Shown: positions 10,060-18,970 of the stretch, piece by piece
Position numbering within the stretch: the first letter of the stretch is position 1
How the letters are laid out: each line of letters opens with the position of its first letter
From: Candidatus Eiseniibacteriota bacterium
GTDB lineage: Bacteria; Eisenbacteria; RBG-16-71-46; CAIMUX01; VGJL01
Assembly (NCBI GenBank): GCA_963792585.1
Contig: CAWBWI010000003.1
Span: 416,001-480,000 of the forward strand
Direction: 5' to 3'
Length of the DNA: 64,000 nt
Translations under genes and position numbers: made by a program
The notes under the pieces: model-generated
Told to the model about the DNA's origin: nothing
The model's database searches: none
The model's input: only the letters and a program-made list of their open reading frames with translations

Positions 10060-10246
10060 ACGAGACCCGTCATTGTTTTCCGCCGACCTCGCGCAGGCTG
10101 GCAGCGCATTGGCCCCGTCCCAGGGATTCGGCTATTAATTGTATCACCAATTGGGGGGATCCAGTGGCGAGATCGCGGTGGGGATTCCTCGACGACCTGG
10201 AGGGCACCATGCACCATCTCTCCGGAAGGAGAGGAACCCTGTTGAT

Positions 10247-12835
10247 CTACGAAAGAACCACTTCCTCCGCCGGTTCGCGGAGATTGTACCGGGAGGACAT
10301 CGAGGCGCCGTACGCTCCGGCGGAAGCGATGAGCAGCACGTCGCCCGTGCGCGGCATGGGCAGCCAGCGGTCGCGTCCCAGAACGTCGCCGCTCTCGCAG
10401 ATCGGACCGACCACCTGGACCCGCGCATCGGCCCGCGCATCGAGGCGGGTGAGATTGACGATCGGATGCCATGCGCCGTAGAGCGCGGGACGGATTAGGG
10501 AGTTCATGCCGGTCGCGACGCCGACGAACGTCGTGTCCCCTTTTCGCCGCACTTGCGTGACCGGTGTGAGCAGGACTCCCGCTTCGCTCACGACGTAGCG
10601 TCCGGGTTCGAGGCGCAGCTCCACCCCGCCGAGAGCGAGCCTGATCGGACGCAAGTTCTCCTCGACGGCGAATAGGTCCAGCTCCGGCTGCCCCGGTCGC
10701 TCGGGCACGCCGAGGCCGCCGCCGAGGTCGACCCATCGGAGGCGTTCCCCGATCGACCGTGCCGCCCCCTGGAGGGCCTGGCCGACCGCGCCCCACGCCG
10801 CGGGATCGAGGACGCCGCTGCCCACGTGCGCGTGGAGACCGATGATGCGGAGGTCCAACGTCGCAGCGGCTTCGAGCATCTCCTCCAGGGACTGCAGGGG
10901 ATGACCGAACTTCGACCGGGATCCGCCGGTGCGCACCTTCTCGTGATGGCCGAGGCCGAATCCGGGATCGATCCGTAGCCCCACGGTGGTCCCTCGAAAG
11001 AGATCTGGAGCCGCGTCGAGCAAGTGCGGGCCGTCGATCGTCACCTCGGCGCCCGCCGAGAAGGCCGCACTGTATTCGTCAAGCGGGCAGAAGTTCGGGG
11101 TGAAGAGGAGCGGCACGGCGCGGCCGAGCACAGATACGGCCCGCGTGATCTCCCCGGCGGACACGCATTCGATCCCCATGCCCGCGGCCGCGACGGTCTC
11201 GAGGATTCGCGGGTGGGGATTGGCCTTCATCGAGTAGTAGAACCGATTGACACTCGGCAGGGCCGCCCGCAGCGTCGCGACGCGGCGACGGATGGTTTCG
11301 AGATGGTAGACGTATCGCGCGGCGCCGTCGGCCGCGAGGGGAAGCAGCTCCGCGCGCAGGGCGCGCCACCAGGGACCTCCGTCCCCCGGATCCGGTTCGT
11401 GCGGCGCCGTCAGCGATTCCCATGTCGGACCCAGCCGGGGGTCGTCCGCACGGTCCAACATGAGCATCTCGTGGAGCCGTTGCACCAGGCCGGGGCCGTC
11501 CGCCTCGTCGACTACGAAGGAGAGGTTCAGGTCTTCGGACGAGTCGCTCACCAGATGGACCGGTTTCTCCTGGAACGCCGCCATCGCAGCTCCCACGACG
11601 GGAAGCACGGAGCGGATCCGGCGACCCACGATCGAGACCACCGCGCATGGATGGGTGACGCGCACCTCTCCGAGCTGCCGAAGACGGTCGAGCAGGCGAC
11701 GAAACGGGGCCCCCTCGATTCCGCCGGGCAATCGATCGATCGTGATGCTCACCGCCGCCTGCGAGGTGCCGACAAGATCGACCGAGATCCCGTTCTCCTC
11801 GAACGGTGCGAAGATCCTCGAGAGGAATCCGGGCATGTTCCACATCGCGACCGTCGAGATGGTGAGCAGGATCACGCCGCTGCGCCCCGTCGTGGCGGTG
11901 ACGGCAGGATGCTCGTCACTCGCGGGCTCGATGAGCGTTCCCGGGATCTCCGGGTGGAGCGTGCTGCGGACGTGGACCGGGATTCCCGCCCGTTCGACCG
12001 GGACGAGACACGGGGGATGAAGGACCTTCGCGCCAAGGGTCGCCAGCTCCCGTGCCTCCCGATAGCCGATGCGGCGAATCAGTCGCGCCGTCGGCACCTG
12101 GTGCGGATTTGCCGTGAAGAGCCCCGGAACATCCGTCCAGATTTCGAGCCTCTCCGCGTCGGCCAGTTCGGCGATCGCGGCCGCGGCGGTGTCACTTCCC
12201 CCGCGGCCGAGCAGGCAGGTTTCCCCATCCGCCGTGCGTGCGAGGAATCCCTGGGTGAGAATCAGATCCGCGCCATGCGCGATCAGCTCCACGCGTTCCG
12301 GGTCCGATCGTGGCTGGGCGGCTGCCTCGAGATAGCGCTGTTCCGGCGAGTCCCACGGCGCGTCGACGGCCTCGATCAATTCCCGCGCGTCCACCCAGCG
12401 GGCGCGCAGCCCGTGACGCGCGAGGATAGGCACGCCCAGGGTGGTCGATGCAAGTTCCCCCGTGGAAGCGACGAGCGCCGAGATGCGGGGTGAAGCCTCT
12501 CCGGTCAGGTGGATTCCTCGAAGCCAGCTTCGTGCCGCATCGAAGAGAGGAACCAAAGCTCCGCGTTCGGCCGGGTCGACTCCCGCTTCATCGGCGAGAC
12601 GCATGTGCAGCGCCTCGATCCACCCGAGTGCGGCGGGTTCTTGCCCCCTCTTCGACTCCTCGATCGCGGTGAAGAGCCCGTTGGTGACGCCCGCGATCGC
12701 CGAGCAGACCACGATGACTCGGTTGTTCTGCAGGCGCGACGCGACCTGATCCGCGATGATCTTCCATCGATCTGCAGCCGCGACCGAGGTGCCGCCGAAC
12801 TTCATCACGATGAATTTGCGGCGCGTGGGGTTCAT
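10247..12835 (-). CDS. lysC-lysA: Bifunctional aspartate kinase / diaminopimelate decarboxylase
   Basis: MKFGGTSV, LGRGGSD and ACT domains, then YSMKAN (PLP Lys), HAHVGS, DLGGG, EPGRY, GPICESGD. RBS GAAGGAG before ATG 12835. Confidence 0.95.
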   Translation of the reverse strand: MNPTRRKFIVMKFGGTSVAAADRWKIIADQVASRLQNNRVIVVCSAIAGVTNGLFTAIEESKRGQEPAALGWIEALHMRLADEAGVDPAERGALVPLFDAARSWLRGIHLTGEASPRISALVASTGELASTTLGVPILARHGLRARWVDARELIEAVDAPWDSPEQRYLEAAAQPRSDPERVELIAHGADLILTQGFLARTADGETCLLGRGGSDTAAAAIAELADAERLEIWTDVPGLFTANPHQVPTARLIRRIGYREARELATLGAKVLHPPCLVPVERAGIPVHVRSTLHPEIPGTLIEPASDEHPAVTATTGRSGVILLTISTVAMWNMPGFLSRIFAPFEENGISVDLVGTSQAAVSITIDRLPGGIEGAPFRRLLDRLRQLGEVRVTHPCAVVSIVGRRIRSVLPVVGAAMAAFQEKPVHLVSDSSEDLNLSFVVDEADGPGLVQRLHEMLMLDRADDPRLGPTWESLTAPHEPDPGDGGPWWRALRAELLPLAADGAARYVYHLETIRRRVATLRAALPSVNRFYYSMKANPHPRILETVAAAGMGIECVSAGEITRAVSVLGRAVPLLFTPNFCPLDEYSAAFSAGAEVTIDGPHLLDAAPDLFRGTTVGLRIDPGFGLGHHEKVRTGGSRSKFGHPLQSLEEMLEAAATLDLRIIGLHAHVGSGVLDPAAWGAVGQALQGAARSIGERLRWVDLGGGLGVPERPGQPELDLFAVEENLRPIRLALGGVELRLEPGRYVVSEAGVLLTPVTQVRRKGDTTFVGVATGMNSLIRPALYGAWHPIVNLTRLDARADARVQVVGPICESGDVLGRDRWLPMPRTGDVLLIASAGAYGASMSSRYNLREPAEEVVLS

Positions 12836-13074
12836 CGCGAGCTCCTTCCCTTCGGTCGAATCCATGCGTGCGTGCGACGTCGGGTCGTCCCACGCACGGA
12901 TGGGGAATCTCAGCACGAGGCGAAGGAAAGGTCAACGAACCTCTGGCGGTTGAAGCCTGCGGGCACGACGACCGCGAAAACGAGCCGGACGGACGGGATG
13001 CAGATCCGTCCGCCCGACGACGCGGGAAGGAAGATCCGAGGCAGGACGGTTGGCATGGGTATGAGACCAACCGC

Positions 13075-13145
13075 GGAGGGTTCTCTCGTTCCCATCGTCG
13101 ACGGATGCGATCGTCGCACGGCGATCGTCGACGAGAGAGCCCTCC
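13075..13145. terminator. Long hairpin downstream of 13153..13662 (terminator-like)
   Basis: GGAGGGTTCTCTCGT...ACGAGAGAGCCCTCC, a 15-bp stem with one non-Watson-Crick pair. Confidence 0.5.
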
Positions 13146-13152
13146 CGATCGC

Positions 13153-13662
13153 CTAGTGGTCGCCGAACCCCTCCTGACACCCCGGCGGTGGCGGAACCGC
13201 GTAGTGGTCGGTCCTTAGAGTGTACGTGTCATTGGTGGTGTACTGGCTAACCAGGCCGCACATGCCAAGGCCATAGCAGGCGGTCCCGCCGGGCCCCGGG
13301 CCGGCACCGCTGTCAACCGTCAGCACGAAGTCGGGACCGATCTTCTGAATCGTGAGGGGGAAATAGTACTGCGTGCAGACCCCGATGACCGCGGGCACAT
13401 AGACGAAGATCCGACCACCGACCTGGGGAATCGAAAAGGTGAAGGTCGCGATTCCGTTCGCATCCGTCACGCCCGAGTAGGGGAAGAGCGGATGCCCTGC
13501 GAATACCACGACGTCTATTCCGGCCCAGGGAGCCGTGCCGGCGCCGTTTTGGAGCTCAACCGACATCGTGTAGGTCTGCTGCCCATATGCCGTGGACACG
13601 CAAATCCCGCCGATCATGGCGATGAAACAGAACCAAACCGCAACACGGGAAAGAGCATTCAT
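13153..13662 (-). CDS. Small secreted protein with prealbumin/Ig-like TDANG motif and several Cys
   Basis: RBS GGAGG, signal peptide and GVTDANGIATFTF. Confidence 0.7.
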   Translation of the reverse strand: MNALSRVAVWFCFIAMIGGICVSTAYGQQTYTMSVELQNGAGTAPWAGIDVVVFAGHPLFPYSGVTDANGIATFTFSIPQVGGRIFVYVPAVIGVCTQYYFPLTIQKIGPDFVLTVDSGAGPGPGGTACYGLGMCGLVSQYTTNDTYTLRTDHYAVPPPPGCQEGFGDH

Positions 13663-13722
13663 GCTCGACCTCCATCCTGGTACTACGACTTGCGGAGCGC
13701 CCGAAGACCACCTTCGGGTCCC

Positions 13723-16671
13723 CTACCCCAAACGGTCCCTCCCCGGCGGTGGGCCGCCGGCGTGGGAATGTAGAAGGAGAAGCGCGCGCGCCTCGATCCA
13801 GCGGCAACGCGCTTCTCGGGCGAGATCGATGCACCGCCGAATGGTCTCCGTGCATCGAGGGTCCGCCGCGGCCAAGCGATGACAGCTCTCCTCAAGGAGA
13901 GCAAAGGCGCAGAAGAATGGGTCGGCCGCCGCTCCTTCAACGCGTTCCCGCGCCGCGAGCGCATGATTGGCCGCCGCGACCGAATCGCCCTCCACCTCCG
14001 CAAGTCTCGAAAGCGCGAGACAGAACCATCCGGCCAGATCCGGCGCGTCGGGGATCGATCCAAGAGACTCTCGACAGCGTTCGGCCGGGGTTCCGGCGAG
14101 CAGGCGGTGAACGGAGGCGTGGATCCGATATCCAACCTGGAAACGTACGCTTCCGTCGGGCCCGATCATCTCTCCGAGCCAGCGAAGGAGATCCTCGTCC
14201 CAAGGCTTTCGGCGGTACCAGACGCGGGCTTCGAGCAACGTGAGTCCCACGCCGATCGCCTCGGCAACCGGACCGTGATCGCGCGCCAGCTCGAGCGCCT
14301 GTGCGGCCACCCCCTCGGCTTCCGGAATTCGTCCGGAACGCAACAGCGCGTGGGTGAGCTGGGTGAGACTGCGGATCGCGTGCCCGTGATTTCCGGTTTG
14401 CATCGCGATGCCGAGGGCGCGACGCGCGTGATCCGCCGCCACATCCCATTCTCTTTCCATCATCGAAAGTTGAGCGAAGTTGAGGTGCACACGGAGTTCG
14501 AGACCCCGCTGTCCTTCGTGGCGGGCAACCTCCAGGGCCTTGGCAAGGTGCTCACGGGCCGTCGAGGAGTCTCCGGCCCGCCCCACCACCGCCGCCAGGT
14601 TCAAGTGAGCGGAAGCTGTCTGAAACGCGAATCCCGTCGATTCACTCCCGGTGAGGGCCGACAGAAGTACCCGGTGGGCTTCTTCCATCTCTCCTCGATA
14701 GTAGAGCCCGGCTCCCAGAGTCAGGCGGGCGGTCGCCGCATACCGGGCATCTCGGGCCGCGTCGAGGTATACGCAAGCCTCGCGGGCGGCCTCGATCCCC
14801 TCGGTGATCCGATTCGCGTCGCTGACCCATGTCTGGGCGCGGTGGAGCAGCAGCCTCCCGGTGATCTCCGGGAATTCCTCGGCGCACCGCAACCCCTTGT
14901 CCACATGATGCAGGACTTCCTCGCTCATGCGCGTTCGCTGCCGAAGCTCCGCCATCCGCTGGTGGTAGCGCGCGTGATCCCGGGTGGAGGTTGCGATTTC
15001 CGGGAGGATTCCTAGCCACTCCTCCGCCTCCGCATACCGGTCGGCGAAGTTCAAGGAAGCGGCATACTCCTCGACGCGCGTGAAGAGGTCGCCTCCGGCC
15101 CACTTCTCGTGCGGGGGGGCGCCGTCCGCCTGCCGGTCCACGCTCGGCAATGGAAGCGCCGGCACGGAGCGTCCTCGAAGCTGCCGGGTTCCGCAGGTGC
15201 AACTCCACGCCTGCCCGAGAAGCCGGACGGCTTCCTCGTTGCGTCCCGAGCCGAGGGCCCGATGGCCGCCGGCGAAGTAGGCTTCCGCCGCCGGTCCGTT
15301 CTCACCGGCACGCTCGTGGTGCCACGCGAGTTTCGAGAGGGCCGCGATGGAGAGCTCCGGCATGCGCGACATACCCTCGGAGATCCCGCCGGCGAGGGCG
15401 CGGTGGATCGATCGCGCAAAGGACGGGTCGAGCCGATCTACAATCTCCGACCAGATCTCGGTCGAACCGAACTGCACCCCCGGCAGTCCTTCGCCACGAT
15501 CGACCTTCCGGAGGAGTCCGAACTCGGCGCAGCCCGCCAGCGCATCGGGGAGGCCATCCATGGTCGGAGTGCCGACCGAATCGGGGGAGAGTGTGGGGGC
15601 GAGTCCTGCGAGCAAGGCGATCTCCGGTTCCGAGATGCTCTCTCCGAGCTGCGCGACGAGCGACAGGGTGGTCGACACCGGCGTGGGCAGGGCCGTCACA
15701 AGTGAACGAACCACTGCCCGGGTCGCGACTCGCATAGTCTCCTTCGATCTTCGCCAGCAATCGAGCTCGATGTGCGACCACGGGTCAGTGGTTTCCTTGG
15801 GCAGCCAATCCCGCCAGATCCGTTGCGCGAGCTGCCGGTTACCACCGCTCGAGAGAAGCAACTCTCCTGCCAACTCGTGTGCCTCGACCCAATCACAACC
15901 AAGATATGCGTGAATTCCGATGGCCAGAGTGTCGAGGCGGATCGATCCCCTCGTCCAGCCCGCGTAGGCGAGGTCGGGATCGGGGATCCTGCCGGGCCCG
16001 GCGATCGCCCGAAAGCAGGTCACGATCTCGTCGGTCCGCGCCGGCCGACCGGATGGGGAGGGGGCCAGCATCCGATCCAGCGTCGAACGGAGACCCTCCG
16101 GCTGAGGGGCGAGGCCGGTCAAAGTGCGCGCGAGGGAGTAGAGGTCGCTGCGTGGATCCGCCGGCCAGCCGCTCAACCGCTCAGGAGCGACGTAGCCTGC
16201 GGTTCCTCCCGCTTCTTCGAAGCCCAGATCGTAGCCAGAGCGGCATGCGCGGTCGAAATCGACGATGCGGGCGGGACCATCCGGGGGAAACAGGATGTGC
16301 TGAGGCTTGATGTCGCCGTGCACGACCCCCCAGCGATGGAGGTGACAGAGGGCGCGTGCGATTTCGGTGATCCAACCTAGCTCCTCGCCCCTGGAGCCCG
16401 GCCGGCGGTCTCCGTCGATCCACTCAACTGCAAGCCAGTACGAATCGCCTTTACGATTGAGCCGGATGAAGCGGGGGGTGAAAGGGGATGCCACTCTGAC
16501 AAGGAGTCGAGCTTCACGCAGGGCCGATCGTCGATGCCGCGCTTGCTTCAGGAGGACCCGGCTCCCCGTGCCGCGGTCGATCGCGCGGGCCGCAGGAAGG
16601 GGCGTCGTCCGCAGCACCTGCTCGATTTCGAACATCTCGGCGAAGTCCGGACGACTTATCACGCTGGTCAC
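13723..16671 (-). CDS. Ser/Thr protein kinase-like domain plus TPR/MalT-like helical repeats
   Basis: VLLK, HGDIKPQH, DFD, GTAGYVAPE, DLYSL, followed by a long TPR region. Confidence 0.8.
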   Translation of the reverse strand: MTSVISRPDFAEMFEIEQVLRTTPLPAARAIDRGTGSRVLLKQARHRRSALREARLLVRVASPFTPRFIRLNRKGDSYWLAVEWIDGDRRPGSRGEELGWITEIARALCHLHRWGVVHGDIKPQHILFPPDGPARIVDFDRACRSGYDLGFEEAGGTAGYVAPERLSGWPADPRSDLYSLARTLTGLAPQPEGLRSTLDRMLAPSPSGRPARTDEIVTCFRAIAGPGRIPDPDLAYAGWTRGSIRLDTLAIGIHAYLGCDWVEAHELAGELLLSSGGNRQLAQRIWRDWLPKETTDPWSHIELDCWRRSKETMRVATRAVVRSLVTALPTPVSTTLSLVAQLGESISEPEIALLAGLAPTLSPDSVGTPTMDGLPDALAGCAEFGLLRKVDRGEGLPGVQFGSTEIWSEIVDRLDPSFARSIHRALAGGISEGMSRMPELSIAALSKLAWHHERAGENGPAAEAYFAGGHRALGSGRNEEAVRLLGQAWSCTCGTRQLRGRSVPALPLPSVDRQADGAPPHEKWAGGDLFTRVEEYAASLNFADRYAEAEEWLGILPEIATSTRDHARYHQRMAELRQRTRMSEEVLHHVDKGLRCAEEFPEITGRLLLHRAQTWVSDANRITEGIEAAREACVYLDAARDARYAATARLTLGAGLYYRGEMEEAHRVLLSALTGSESTGFAFQTASAHLNLAAVVGRAGDSSTAREHLAKALEVARHEGQRGLELRVHLNFAQLSMMEREWDVAADHARRALGIAMQTGNHGHAIRSLTQLTHALLRSGRIPEAEGVAAQALELARDHGPVAEAIGVGLTLLEARVWYRRKPWDEDLLRWLGEMIGPDGSVRFQVGYRIHASVHRLLAGTPAERCRESLGSIPDAPDLAGWFCLALSRLAEVEGDSVAAANHALAARERVEGAAADPFFCAFALLEESCHRLAAADPRCTETIRRCIDLAREARCRWIEARALLLLHSHAGGPPPGRDRLG

Positions 16672-16746
16672 GTGCTCCAGTCTGGCTGCCGACTCCGTAT
16701 CTCTATTCGAATTTAGGGGTTCCGAGGTTCGTACACCCGAATCGAG

Positions 16747-16770
16747 TGTCTGTTCGGAATCGAACAGACA
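16747..16770. repeat. Perfect 10-bp inverted repeat TGTCTGTTCG-GAAT-CGAACAGACA
   Basis: Seen directly in the intergenic gap between the sigma54 activator and kinase genes. It extends with ATCGAG/CTCGAT. Confidence 0.7.
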
Positions 16771-16866
16771 ATGCTCGATATCGCACAGTACAGCGGGCGA
16801 ATTCTGTCATGAATCGGAGCGAAATCCAAGCAGACGAGGGGAGAACCGAAGAAACGAGAGTCTCGG

Positions 16867-18492
16867 CTAACTCTGGGTGCGTCCGAGTCCCAGCTTGTGC
16901 ATTCGACGGATCAGGGCATTGCGGTGGATGCCGAGGATCTCCGCCGCCCGGAGCTGGTTGTTGTCCGCGCGCAGGAGGGCCTCGCGGATCGACCACTCTT
17001 CCATTTCCGCGAGGGTCAGTTGACCCACCGGGAGGAGCGGCTTCTGCATCGCGCCGCCGTTGACCTCGAGGATCCCGGCGACATCCTGAGCGTCGATGGT
17101 ATCTCCTTGGGCGAGCACGATCGTCCGTTTCACGAAGTGCTCGAGCTCTCGGATGTTCCCTTTCCATGGTCGCGACAGGAGCATCCGCATCGCCCCCGGC
17201 GTGAAACGGATCCTCCGGTTCGAGCCCCTCTCGAGATGGGTCGTCAGGAAGTGCTGGACCAAAACGGGAATGTCCGTACTCCGTTCTCGTAAGGCGGGGA
17301 CCCGAAGCACAACCACATTCAATCGATAGAAGAGATCCTCGCGGAACTTACCTTCGGCGACGGCCCGCTCGAGATCGACACTCGTTGCGCTCAGGAGCCG
17401 AAAATCGACCTTGAACTCACGATTCGATCCGACCGGCCGGACGACGCCATCCTCCAGGACCCGGAGAAGCTTCGCCTGGAGTCGATAGTCGAGATCGGCG
17501 ATCTCGTCGAGGAACAAGGTCCCGCCATCGGCCAGACGGAACAGTCCGTCGCGCGAGGTATGGGCTCCAGTGAACGCACCCTTGGCATGGCCGAAGAACT
17601 CGCTCTCCAAGAGCTCTACCGGAATCGCGGCTGAGTTCTGGGCGACGAACGGCCCCTCTCGGCGGGAACTCACGCGATGAAGAGCGCGTGCCGCCATCTC
17701 CTTGCCCGATCCGACCTCACCCTGAAGGAGAACCGGGAAGTCCGTCTGCCCCACCCTGCGAATGGAGTCGAGCAACAACCGCATCGGCTCGCTTCGTCCG
17801 ATGATCTCCGGAAACTGCTCGTGGTGGCTCAACTCATGAACCAGTCGAAGGTGGCTTCGGGAGAGCTTGGCGAACCGCTCGGCGTTCTGGATTGCCACTG
17901 CGGCCAGACCGGCGAGAATAGTGACGAAGCGAATCGCCTCGGGTCCTATTCGGGTTCCGGATTGTCGGTTGTCCAGATAGATCGCGCCGCACACCCGATC
18001 CCCATCGCAAACGGGGATGCAGAGCAGGGATCGAATCTGATGAAGCGATAGACTCTGGATTTCGCGGAACTGAGGGTCTTCCATCACATCCGCCGTGTGG
18101 ACCGCCTGACGATTGCGCGCCCACTCGATCACCGTTCGCGAGACCCGCTCCGCCTCGTCGACCGCCTGCATCTCGAGGCCCCGAACCGCCCAAGGGTGAC
18201 TTTCCCCGGTACTCGGATCGAAATAGAAGAAGATCCCCCGCTCCGCACGGGAATGCCGGAGCGCAACATCGAGGATGAGCGGAAGGAGCTCGTCGAGATC
18301 GAGGGTGCCATGGATGGATCGTGTGACCTCGAACAGACGATCGAGATCGTTGCTCTCCGCCATCCCGGAAACCTGTTGCTGCGACGGTTGCATGTCCAGG
18401 TCCCCAAGCAGGTTCCGTGCCCGCTCGAGGTCATCCTGGAGTCGCTCGGGATCGCCGCCGGATTCCGTGGATGGTTCCTTGCCGTTCGTCAT
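16867..18492 (-). CDS. GAF-AAA+-HTH sigma54-dependent transcriptional activator
   Basis: GAF (RSLLCIP...GAIYLDN), GEVGSGKE, GAFTGA, LFLDEI, FREDLFYRLNV, WKGNIREL and a Fis-type HTH. Confidence 0.95.
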   Translation of the reverse strand: MTNGKEPSTESGGDPERLQDDLERARNLLGDLDMQPSQQQVSGMAESNDLDRLFEVTRSIHGTLDLDELLPLILDVALRHSRAERGIFFYFDPSTGESHPWAVRGLEMQAVDEAERVSRTVIEWARNRQAVHTADVMEDPQFREIQSLSLHQIRSLLCIPVCDGDRVCGAIYLDNRQSGTRIGPEAIRFVTILAGLAAVAIQNAERFAKLSRSHLRLVHELSHHEQFPEIIGRSEPMRLLLDSIRRVGQTDFPVLLQGEVGSGKEMAARALHRVSSRREGPFVAQNSAAIPVELLESEFFGHAKGAFTGAHTSRDGLFRLADGGTLFLDEIADLDYRLQAKLLRVLEDGVVRPVGSNREFKVDFRLLSATSVDLERAVAEGKFREDLFYRLNVVVLRVPALRERSTDIPVLVQHFLTTHLERGSNRRIRFTPGAMRMLLSRPWKGNIRELEHFVKRTIVLAQGDTIDAQDVAGILEVNGGAMQKPLLPVGQLTLAEMEEWSIREALLRADNNQLRAAEILGIHRNALIRRMHKLGLGRTQS

Positions 18493-18690
18493 CAGGGTCC
18501 AAGTCTACCACGCGTGGCAGACCGCGCCCGGCGGGGATCGCAGCAGGCGCGCGGCTGTTCGGATCCGACCTCGCGCGTTCGATGGAGAACAGTTCCGCGG
18601 GCCGGAACCACCACCTCGATCCGCTCCGGAATCCGCGCAGGTGCCTACGGATGAGTTGGTTCCGGCGATCGCCGGAAGCACGACCTCGAA

Positions 18691-18706
18691 CGGCACAGCC
18701 GATGCT
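18691..18706 (+). promoter_or_regulatory. Possible sigma54 -24/-12 promoter for the subtilase gene
   Basis: CGGCACAGCCGATGCT gives GG-N10-GC, close to the TGGCAC-N5-TTGC consensus, about 265 nt upstream of ATG 18971. Confidence 0.4.
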
Positions 18707-18970
18707 GAGTGACTCTCCATGACCGGTGAACGCCGGCCGGGGCGCCGGGCAGGACGGTGTCGCGCGTCGACGCACTCGTGGGCAGCGCGCGCGCCCATCA
18801 CGCTCTTCACCGGATGGGCAGGTCTGCTCCCATGGAAAAGGCCATTGGGGAAATGGAGCTCTTCCGATTTGGGCCGGGAGTGTGCCTTCCCGAAGAGGGG
18901 GTTACGGGTTCCACCATAGGGTCTCAAGCGGTCACCGGCGTTCGTCGCCGGTTTCAAACAGGAGGAGACG

